From Carcharhinus longimanus (Eukaryota), in the NCBI GenBank assembly GCA_030264375.1, contig JASCQW010000162.1:95940558-96004557 (forward strand): DNA of 64,000 nucleotides. The letters are read 5' to 3'. Position 1 is the first letter of the stretch. Every line of letters begins with the position of its first letter. Shown here one piece after another: positions 53,158 through 64,000 of the stretch. The position numbers were made by a program, and so were the translations under genes. The notes beneath the pieces were generated by a model. The model was not told the origin of the DNA. It saw only the letters and a list, made by a program, of their open reading frames with translations, and made no database searches.

Positions 53158-56100
53158 GATAACCCAATAGCAACAAACACTTGATTTTTTTTTGTGCACA
53201 CTATATACAAAAATAAAAGCGCTCTTTCTATTCAAGATCTGTCAGTTTGAAACATTCCCAGAGCCACTAATCCTTTACATGAAGTGAATGGAATACTTCT
53301 GTGCCACAACAAATGCGGCTAGTGTATAATCAGACTAATTAGCTCCTAAGTCAGTGCATAAATTATTATAGTCTTAAAGTGCAGCCAGACACTAGTATTT
53401 AGGGTTGTCAAACAAATCAAAGTTACCTTCGACATTACTAGTTTAAAATTGTGCACTAAACAATTTAGTGGAGAATTTTAGTAAGGATATCATATGCAGT
53501 TGTGCTTTTAAATAAAAATGCCTCTAAAGGTTGCAGCAAACTGCAAAGTTGTGTCATAGGCATTCCATAACATGCAATAAACCTAACATTCCAAATTCTT
53601 GATGGAGTTATTTTCCATCAGGCTATGGCGAAAGAATTTTCAAAATACTACTTAAAACTCTGCTTAAAATATTCCAGAAAAATAGTCACATTTAAAAATG
53701 CTTTTCTCCTTCAGCATCAGAACAAATAAACAGCGTACCCAGTCAAATATACAACATGTTACTATACTACATGGTCCTCCTCTTATATTCAATATTAATT
53801 TTGCAGTGCAATCAATTGTGATAAAGAGGATTAAACATCACCCAAACAACTTTGACCTTATCAGTTTCTGTAGTGCTCAAGTCATGCGCACAAAAGGACA
53901 ATTTTTTGGTGTAGTTAAAATGGGATAAGGGAAAGATCAAGTCAGTAAAAAGGGTAGATTACAACCATCTTTTTCAAAATATGTTAAGAATAGCAAAACA
54001 ATCTGTAATGTGTCAAAATAAGACAGAACAAATGTTTCGAATGAACTTATGTAGGAAAGTTTGAATACAGTTCATTTTCTGAAGCACATATGAACCCAAA
54101 GAAAGGACAGTTTAAAATCATTGAAAATTGGAATAATGTGTAAGGGTTTGCATAATTGAACTTTCATAGTTAAAAAAGAATCTTGGCTATTTTGTATTCA
54201 AGTGTAAAATAATATTTGAGTTGGAGAGTTGATGTGAACTCTTTGTAGCTTTCAAATGCTCAAGTGTGCCTTGCATCTCCATGCATCCACCTCTTTGTAT
54301 CTATTAAAACAGCAGCATCACCCAACAGACTGCTCGATAAAGCTATATTGTGGGTAGGTTATAAAATTAGTCTAAAGGAGAATTAACTAGAACATTGCCA
54401 CATAGTATGAATAATAACACTAAAAATGTCTGTCTTAATCTTATGAATTCAGGTTACTTTCCAGGTCATTTAATGGTATTTATTTATTATGAATAAAGAT
54501 TATTTTTCTTTGCTTTTCATAATCTTCAGCAATGAGTTACAGTAGGATCTTTCGCTTCACTGACTTGTTTTTTATGTTTGCCCTGTACAATGCAAATTGG
54601 CCCAGAATTTTCCATCTCCATGGGGTTTGTACCCTGGACATACCCCAGAAAGTATGCAGGGGCACCACCTGGAAGTCCACCACCTGGGCTGCATAGAAAT
54701 TGCCCAGGAAGTTAAAATTTCCAATGGGCAATTATACTACACTTGAAGCCATCCAATACTACGATTTAAATCAAAGACATCTGATGGTTCCAACTCTCTT
54801 AACAGAATAGTTAACAATTGGAAGGATTAAAACCACTTCTAACTCCTGGTAACTACAAGACTGAATGCTATCCCTCATCCCCAAATCTTTCACTACCCTC
54901 CTGAGCCCTTCCTCTGTGTCCACCCAACTCCAACCCCCCAAGCAGTCCCAAACCTCCACCACTGACACCCATCTCCCAACAGTAGTGCCACAAGAAGAGG
55001 ACATAACTTCATCTCCCCTGACATTGCTGTGCTACACTGGAATAGGTCCAGACCAACTGGTTGAAACATTTATTACCAGACCCACAATGGAAGATCAAGT
55101 GAAAAATGTGCAGCTCCTGACTTAGGTAAGTCAAAAGGAATGGAGTGGCAACCCAGTGGTGATTACCACTGAGAGGAAGTTCCAGTTCAATATTTCTTAG
55201 CACTAGTACAAAAATAAAAATATTGAGACTGCTAGAAATCTGACAAATTGAAGGATGAATTAATATTTTGGATGCATCTTGAGTGCAGTACCAAAACCTC
55301 GCTTTTCAAACTGGTTGGTCTATGGTGCTATTTTCAGTATCCCTATATTGTCAGCAATAAATTGTTTTCAAGTTATTCTTTTTATCTCCTAATTCTCATC
55401 TTAATAAACTTTGACCTTTCATATATTGTTCGACTATCTTACACTAATCTCTTATGCCAACGTATATCCCTACTTAACCTCACTGAAATGATCATCTTGA
55501 AGAGATCTCCTTTTCATTAATGATATTAACTTCCATTGAACTCTACGTAGTTAACATTTAAAATAATTAATGGCTCCATCGTTGATTTCTTTTCTAACAA
55601 CTTTCTGACTCTTTAATTCACAACTTTAATATCGGCTATCAGATTAATATTTTCACATACGTATTTGAAACTCACACCCCCAGAGACAAAAGTCTAACAT
55701 TATCCCTGTAACACAAATGAAAACTTCTCTCTTAATATTTACCTAAATTTTCAACATGCCCTCCTCGTTATTAAGGCTCCAAAAAGCATGTAGTTGGAAA
55801 ACTTGGCCCTATAAACAGCATCCGGATATAGAACCCATTTTCCAGAAGAAAACAGTCAATGTAATATTCTGAAGGTTTCCACATTTTTACTGCGGGAAAA
55901 CATTCATACAGGATCAGCCACTGTCAAAGTTCACTGCTCATTCAACTATTGAAATCTGAAAATGGGCTTAACTCTTACAAGGCACCATAGAAATTACTTT
56001 TGGTTAACGGGTGAAAATGTGCTGAATGGGTGTCATGTTAATAAAGCATACCTGTTTGAAAGTCTAGGTTTAAAACACCAGTATGGCCTTGAGTTATTGA

Positions 56101-56704
56101 TTATCATTAGATCTTGCCTGGAGATGCTAAAACAGAGACATCCAAAGATTTGGCACCTCAAGCACCAATTAGATGCAATTTGCTTTGGGCATTATATATG
56201 TGGGCTGCACTTACTTCCACTGTCAGCGTACTGGTTTATATACAATGCCTTTTGTGCCCAATGGGCACTGCAGGAACTGGGTGCCAATTGGGCACAGAAT
56301 CACATTTTGGTTCGATGTTTTAAGCTTCATTTGTGATTTGTTTTTGTTTAAGACAGCATCCCTTTATGTATTTTAATTGGTTATCTGATTTGCCTAAATA
56401 GGCTGATATACAGTATCACATTTCAGGATGACTTATAGAGACCAAGAGGGCATGCACTCCTTGGACGGGGCATTGGTTCAGAGAAGTTTTGCCCTGTAGC
56501 AGGGAGTATCCACTTTCCCACGTTTCCCCCCTCTTTTGCATTAGCCAGTGCTGCTCTACCTGATCTCATGTCCTTCTCACACAGACTGAGGAGAGCCCCC
56601 TAGCAAGGTGCTAATACCTTTCTCTAGGTGACTCCTTAAAATATTGAATAAAGGAGCACAGCAATTACATATTTTTAGGTGAAATACTCAGATTTTCCAG
56701 AATT

Positions 56705-57000
56705 GATAGAATGATGGTACAGTCTTGACAGCGTCTTTCAGTGTTTTTCAAAAATTGTCTTTAAACCAGCAAAAGTCCTCTTCAAATCAGCAAAAATCCT
56801 CCCAGATACTCTCCCCAGCAACTCCACACGTTTACCATGGATAATCCACCTAATCTACATGTCTTTCAACAATGGGAGGAAACCAAAGCACCTGAAGAAA
56901 CCCACACAGGCACAGGAAGAGCACGCAAACTCCACTCAGACATTTACCTAAGACAGAATTGAACAGGGTGCCTGGCACTGAGAGCCCATCATGCTGCCCT
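56705..57000 (-). mobile_element. HE1-like SINE, reverse orientation
   Basis: aatccacctaatctaca...gggaggaaaccaaagcacctgaagaaacccacacag...gcaaactccac...ccatcatgctgccc. Confidence 0.8.
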
Positions 57001-58061
57001 TATGCAAGAATCTTGAGCAAAAATGTGGATGAAACCTTATGCTTCAGCTTAATATCCTAACTTGACCACCTTCGGAGGCTCTTTAGTATCCAATTTTTTC
57101 CAGAGAAAATCCAATCACCCCATCAGTAAATTTTCATTGCATAAAAATAGTCGATGGATCCCACACAATCAGCTTTTTATGTATTCAGGCAGATTTCAAG
57201 GGACGTGAACTAATTTCAACTTGTTGACAAAGCCAACATTGTATTTTTTTTGGCTTTTGCAGAAGTGGCAAGTTATTGCAGGAGCTGCTGGATTTTTTAA
57301 ATTGTTTACATGAACATATTCATTTTTCCCCAAACAGTTCTCTAAAATGCACTGCATTTTTGAAGTCAAGCACTGACAAACTGCATTTCGACAGGGATAA
57401 CAGATACAACAGAAATCTCACTGAATTGTTAGAAAGCTCACTGCAACTGTAGGGACCCAATTTCAGTCACATAGTTCATCCAAGCAGAATTCCAATCCAT
57501 TCCCTTCAAGAACTTAGTCGATTTTCCACAGGCAGCAGTTTCCATGCAAACAAGGTTCTGCCCTTGCATTCTCCCCAGCATGGCACACTTGCTTTCAAAA
57601 CTCAACTCCTCTCCAGTGTTTTTGCCTCTACTTCACTTCATTTTCTGTCCACCTGTGTGCTGATCACCTTCTGCCTCTAGCTCTCCTGTCCTCCAATTCT
57701 CCTTTGTGTCTGGCCACTTGGCTTCCATATCTCAACTCAATTTGGTACTGTTTCCAGGTCGAAGTCACAAGGTCACATGGACTGAGTATTTAGGGTGAGG
57801 AGGCTGTTCCCTTACTGTGAGTGTCCCAGCTGAGGGGGAAGATCAGCAACATTGGTGACCCAGTAACATACAGTCTGTGTGAATGTGCACATTGTTAATG
57901 ACCCTTCAATAAAAATAACACACACAAAGCTCACCAACATCAGACAAGGGATAAACTGTCTGAAAGGTGGGCTGTCCCATATCGAAGCAGCCAAATGGCC
58001 TCCCCCAGCTCCAGGAGCTGCACAAGCTCTGAGCTCTGGCAGCAGCAAAAGGGGGAAGGCA

Positions 58062-58225
58062 GCATCAGGGCACAGTGGTTAGCCTTGCAGCCTCACAATG
58101 GGTTCAATTCCAACCTTGGGAACTGTCTGTGTGGAATGGCAGTCTGGGTAAAATGCTCTTTCAGAAAGTCAGTGCTAACTTGATGGGCGAAATGGCCTCC
58201 TGCTGCATTGTAGGGATTCTATGGT
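58062..58225 (+). mobile_element. Internally deleted HE1-like SINE
   Basis: gcacagtggttagccttgcagcctcaca...ggttcaattcc joined to the tail gatgggcgaaatggcctcc...gggattctatgg. Confidence 0.75.
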
Positions 58226-58648
58226 TGACCCCTTTGCAATTTACACAAACTTTTAAATTTCTTTTCCAATCATTTTTAAAACAATTACAGATTTCCCAGG
58301 GATTGTTGCTGTTTTCTGTTACTTTTTGTTATTGATCATTATTACTGCTTTTGGGTCAAAGATTGTCACAAAATCAAACCATAGTTGCTGTAGGTCCTGT
58401 CAATACTAATACTGTATCACACAACAGCAGTGTACCATCATTTATAATTCTAATATATTATTCCTGAGCAATAACATCCTTAACAGCCAATAAAACATGT
58501 GTGGTGATTGGAGGTCTTGTGGTGCAGTGGATAGTACCCCTGCCTTGAAGCCAGAAGCCACAAAATGTAGCTGACTAAAGAGGCTGTCAATCTGCAAATC
58601 CTTCCAATACATCAACTGCCAGTACTAAAAATTGGACAGTCCCTTGGT

Positions 58649-58706
58649 CAGCCTCCTGGTAGCTGCAGCACAACAGCCTCCCGGTAGCTGCAGCACAACA
58701 GCCTCC
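58649..58706. repeat. 25-bp tandem duplication (~2.3 copies)
   Basis: cagcctcc(t/c)ggtagctgcagcacaa x2 followed by cagcctcc. Confidence 0.9.
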
Positions 58707-61229
58707 CCACATTATCAACCAGTACACACAACCTGTACTCTGAAACAAGCTTTCGCCACACTTCTAGGGACGATAATGATAATGTATGGTGGTCAAGAAC
58801 ACTAACTTCGATGCTGGCAAAATAATGCCATGCTGGAAACATCCTGCTCTCCCACTAGATCAAGAACACAATTTAATTCCTCACTTCTATGATGCAAAGT
58901 CACAGTACTATTGTCCACCTCTTATAAACATGAGTCTGCATTTAGGATTGGACTGGAATGTTTTTTCGCTCTCACAATTTTACCAACAAACATTCAAACA
59001 AAGCTAAATACACACACATACCTGCTGTAAATATGAGATCACATGTCCATTACTGATCAGAAATGCAATTTACAATATTGGGATTTCCAATTAGGCACAT
59101 GTGGCTTGCGGCTAAGCCAGAAATGCATTAAACCACAATTCTAAATGGAATACTAACAGAATATTTCCAATGATGGCCTAATAAAGTTAGAAGAGATTCC
59201 TCAGAATACACCATAACACAAATTGTTCATGGTTGACTTTGTTTTTTTGCCTTTTCCAATAATGGTAAGTAATACCATGCAGCAAACATTCTCAGCAAGA
59301 AGATTCAACAGAATAGTTCCTCGCATAAGACTCTGCTGGCAGGAAAACCTGATAATCTCATCATTATTTTTTCCATTTAAACCCAACAGTTTATTATTTC
59401 AACACCATACATGAACTCAATTTGCATCGTTTCCTTGGGTGCTTACTTGCTGAACAAAAAGAACAACTTAACTTGCTTCAAATTTGAAAAACAGGCACAG
59501 TTCAAGAAGAAACATTCTTGAGATGTATGTAACTGCTGGTTATTAGCTGTTATATAGATTTTACAATATTTCTCAAAATAATTTTTAAAATTCTTAGACC
59601 AAAATCAATTCAGAACTTGTCATAGTGCAATTTTGGGCAGGGAAAGCAGCACTAAGCCTGCCAAGAGCAATGACAGCCTTTTCTGCCATTTAGTGTGGCA
59701 CTGAGTGAAACAACTGTACAGACACAGATTCCACACTGTATTGCTGGCAGGCAGCTTCTTATTTGCCTGGCCAGCCATCAATTCAGCAATTCAATGTTCT
59801 GGGTGCCATATTTAAAAAGGTCACCCCTGCACACAGCTATCACACTTTTGAGTTTGATGGCAGTCATGGCTGCCAGGTGCACTAAACCTTCTACACCCAA
59901 GTTTACAGACACACAAGAGACCCACCACGATTCCTCATACCACATTTTAGGCAAAGATCTGCAACCAAGGTGACAAATCCAGCATGGGAGGCACAGGCAG
60001 CCAATGCCAATGCCCCACAGATGTGCACAGCTGTCCAGTGCCACAAAAGGATGAATTTTTGTCTCTGTCCCACCAGGATAAGAATCTATCATGATCTTAT
60101 TGAATGGCAGAGCAGGCTCGAGGGCCCAGATGGCCTACTCCTGCTCTTAGTTCTTGTGTTCCATTCTCATCACTCAACTCTCAAACTCACAGTCTCATCA
60201 CACAGGGATCTCTCAATGCCAGCTCAAGGCACACCATCGCTAACTCTCCCAGATGCATCCTCATCTCCCGTGTGAGATCTGTCCTCATCACCTCACTGCT
60301 TTAGTTTGAGAACTAAAGGTCCTCAAACTCCGAGGAGAGAACAATTCAGCTAGCCAGTGAGGTCGGCGGAACTGAACCGAGCGAGGATCCAGCACTGCAG
60401 CTCCATTAGGCTACCATGCTGTGTGTGATGTCACCTGTTTCCTAAGCCTTGCCATGCACTAATGACCTCTGCAGTCATACCTGGGAAGTAGTCGAGGGAG
60501 TCCATGACCCAGGTTCTCAACTCCAGCCCAGGCCTCCCTCCTAGTCCTTGAGGATGCATATGTAATAAGCTGAACAGCACAAGATTGTACATGGTCAGCT
60601 TTGCTACCTCACAACAGAAATCACTCCCACTTCCACATCCACCACCGAACCTAAGCTCCAGAACAAATTACGGCCACTCAAGGCAAAAGTGGCATTTTTC
60701 TTAACCTTAGTTAAAATTCTCCATCTCGCTCAACCACTCAAAGTTGTTCCTTAAATCTTCCCTCTCTCAATTTAGATTTTGGTCATCTTTGTATTGTGCC
60801 TTATGTGTCTATATCAAACATTGATTTCCTTTTAAACTTTCTTGTGACATGCCTTAGGACATTTTACTACGTGAAAGGCACTATAGAGATACACACCTAC
60901 TGTGTTACTTTCCAACACTGGTCAAAGGTCAGGTAAAAACGGACGCCAAAGTTATCAGATCTCTCTCTCCCTTTTATACTTCTTTGGAATGTTTGAAAAT
61001 TCCTTCATGGAATCATGGATCTAAGCTTCTAGCAGCTACGTGCACACGCAATTGGAACAGGCTGAGACATCTGAATGCACCCTCTTCCCAAATTTCCTTA
61101 TACAATGCTTGCTGGGTACCACCATTCAGGAACAAGGAGTAAGTTATGCCCAAAGGGTCTTGGGAGGATTACTATAGGACAAGCAAAGACATTTTCCCCC
61201 ACCAGCCAGAATGCAAATAGATAATCCTC

Positions 61230-61880
61230 ACACCCATCAGCAACCAATAACACATAATAACTACAAGCCTCAAAGATCTAAAGCTGCCTTTCTGACAACA
61301 CTTCACTGAAGCCGTTCATAAAATGCTTTCATTACATCAAGACTATGATTATACTGCAAAATGCTCCTGGTCATCCTCCCATCCACCACTATCCATTAAC
61401 TTCAGTTAATCCAAAGATTTTAAAGTGATTTATACGTGTTATTTGTCAACCAGTTATGAAATGCAAACTGTCCTTATTGGAACACATTCGGCAATGCTCT
61501 GGCCTCTACTGAGCAACCTTGGTTCATGGTCTCCTCATGTCTCATATTTAAAGTTCTCATTATTATACTTTATGACTTCACCTCCTTATGTCTATAACCT
61601 CTTCTAGCCTACAATCCTCCCCGCCATGCCCAAATCTTCATTTACTTTGAGCCCAGTCTCTGCATCTATGTTTCTTTTTATCATGCCGCAGACAGTAATG
61701 CCTTCAACTGTCCAGAACCAAGGAAGTGAATTACCCCCCCGAACTCCTCTGCCTTTCCATCATCCGGCTTCTTTATCAGGACTACCTCTTCGAACAAGCA
61801 TCTGACCACATCAAATGATCTCTAGATTTGCTTAAATTTAACTCCTGCCTCCGTGAAGCACCTCAAGACAGTTTCCTCCC
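61230..61880 (+). mobile_element. Decayed L2 LINE 3' fragment
   Basis: ttcataaatgctttcattacatcaagact...tttaaagttctcat...ctataacctcttctagcctacaa...gtgaagcacct. Confidence 0.65.
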
Positions 61881-62706
61881 ACTAACAGATACTCTGTAAT
61901 AGTGCTTCCCAAAGATTTTCCCAATGAGACCCCATTTGAATGTTACAGATTTTGTGTGGCCCCATAGTAAAACCCTGGGGATTGTTAGGGGATAGAAGGA
62001 TACTTAAGATTGTTGAGCGGGGCAAGGGGAGTTATTGACCAGGGGCAGACATGTTGAAAAAGCAGAGTGTACACAAAAAAAAAGACCCACCAATTTACAG
62101 GCTCTGGTTGGATCAGAAATTGGGCCTCAGAGACCAGATTATTAAGCCATGCCCACTATCAGAAAAAAAGGAAAAAAAATTAAAGGGGCCTTCCAACTGT
62201 CAAAATTCAATCTCAGTTCCACGGATGCCATAGCCATAGCTTGTGACTCCAATTTCTGATCTGGATCACGATCGACATAGGAACCTTTCATCCAATAATG
62301 CCTATTATTGTTGATGTCATCATTGATATTCCAATATAGACTCTGTTGCTGGATAGGTTTCTTGGTCTCAGACAGCAGCTGGACAATTTTCCTGCATCAC
62401 TTTCTGAGTGCATCTGAATCAAGTGCCTTCAGGCCAGCTATTTTATTGAGTCTTTCTTTGGGCTGGGGGAGGTGGGGGGGAGAAAGGAGGAAGAGGAGAT
62501 TGTAAGCTAGAAGAGGTTATAGACATAAGGAGGTGAAGTCATAAAAGTACAAGAATGAGAACTTTAAATAAGATTCATTAGGAGACCGTGAACCAAGGTT
62601 GGTCAGTAGAGGCCAGAGGCATTGCTGAATGTGTTCCGATAAGGATAGTTTGCATCTCATAACTGGTTGACAAATAACACATATTATATAAATCACTTTA
62701 AAGTCT
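61415..62706. repeat. Long inverted repeat (arms 61415-61620 and 62495-62706)
   Basis: The ~205-bp arms are reverse complements and include a perfect ~40-bp stretch, tttatgacttcacctccttatgtctataacctcttctagc. Confidence 0.92.
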
Positions 62707-64000
62707 CTCCCCTTCCCAGATGAGGAAATGATGATCTGATGCTATTGAAGATGTGACCTATCCAATCTCTCACTGGTTAGGAAGAGAGTTGTGCTCAATA
62801 GAAAAAATATATACTGTTTCACTGAACATCTCCATAGTGTAACTGAAGCCATTCAATGTACTAATAGGACCTGGAGAGGGCGCCAGAGAAGCCGAGGTTC
62901 AGTCTAACCTGAGCAAACTGGAATCAGACAGTAAGTCTGCAACCTAGCCAGAGGGTGAGCTATAGTTGAAGAGCCAGAAATCTGTCTAGGGACAGAGATG
63001 TAAATATCTTCTTGTTGTAGTAATAGAAGGAACCACTGTAAAAAGGAAAGGACGCATAGAAAGGACTAAAATAAATCAGCACAGAGAAATAGAAACTGAG
63101 AGAAGCAATTTAAGAATGCATGAATGAATGTAAAGTAAAATGGGATTAAAGTTACAAGTTTGGGTTACCAGTACCATTAGCACCACTACTACCATTTGGG
63201 GTGGACCACACCGAGGACCTGGCTTTAAAGTTACTGTTGAGCAGTAATTCAAAATGCACATGTCTGGCCATAAGCAATATCAGCAATCAGATTCCTAGAA
63301 GACGAGGTTCAAGGGCAGCAGGAAATCAGGATCTGGAAGAATCAGACAAAGGAGAATTAGGCAGATTTTTGGTCTACAGGGGAATTAAGGAGAATGGGTT
63401 GGGTAGGTGCCGCAGGGTTAAGGCCACAGTGAGATCAGCCATGATCATACTGAATGATAGAGGAGTCACTGTCTCATGTGCCAGACTCTTGGCAGCTAAA
63501 TCTGGCAATCCCAAGTTCATTACTATGTTCTGTCAATACCTGTGTCATCCCAAGTATCACACTTAAAAGTGCAATATTTTAAAGTGGTCTTTACACTGCC
63601 TATTTAGCATACCATTTACCCAACTCTGATAATCCCTTAATTTTGAAAATAAGTTCTTCCTTCCTTCCACTTAAGAAAGTCAAATAGTACTGTTCATCAT
63701 TGTATAACTATCAAGCACTTGTTGCACGCCATTGGCTGCTGTGTTTCTTTCACTACAACTGTGAACAAAACGTCAAAACTACTTCATGGTTGTAAAGCAT
63801 TTTCAGATGTCCTGCGGCATTGAAGCATGCCTCAGTCTAACATCCAAAAGCACTCCCTAGACATTGGAGGCCTGGAATGACTGCTACCACTCTTTTCCAA
63901 ACCTTTCCTAATCCATTTCCACACTTTTTCAGCTAGGAAGTAAGGAAAAGGGCATGGAATAATATGAAGCCAAATCATACTTCCCAAACCCTCAATCTCT

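Noticed and set aside
54200-54295. ATGGAG...TTTGAAAGCT on the minus strand, faintly like MITF exon 1H (MEALRVQMFMPCSFESLYL)
   Set aside because: The translation does not match and no properly placed donor is present.
58649-58706. Short direct repeats resembling a CRISPR array
   Set aside because: They are a head-to-tail tandem duplication with no spacers, in a eukaryotic context.

Overview
This is AT-rich, repeat-dense eukaryotic DNA with several N gaps. It is most likely from a cartilaginous fish (shark), judging by its many HE1-like tRNA-derived V-SINEs and CR1/L2-type LINE remnants. Only one host coding exon is well supported: a 250-bp minus-strand exon at 48265-48514 matching exon 1B(1b) of MITF (NSSEPQGSAKPPLTSSNMTSRILLRQQLMREQ...VPMEVLK), with canonical AG/GT splice sites. 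The rest appears to be MITF intronic sequence. I found no upstream first exons (1A/1H), no melanocyte exon 1M and no exon 2 (VQTHLE...), so they probably lie outside the window. The introns hold two decayed Gypsy-type LTR retrotransposons, solo-LTR-like repeats, PIF/Harbinger-like non-autonomous elements, SINEs and LINE fragments. Nearly all other listed ORFs are spurious or decayed transposon sequence. I could not establish a new biological system. The best leads are a TPAI-to-TQAI change in a conserved MiT/TFE motif, inverted MITE copies bracketing exon 1B (possible circRNA), a GC-rich candidate alternative first exon, and local inverted duplications that could form dsRNA in the pre-mRNA. 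Repeat boundaries and identities are estimates made by eye.
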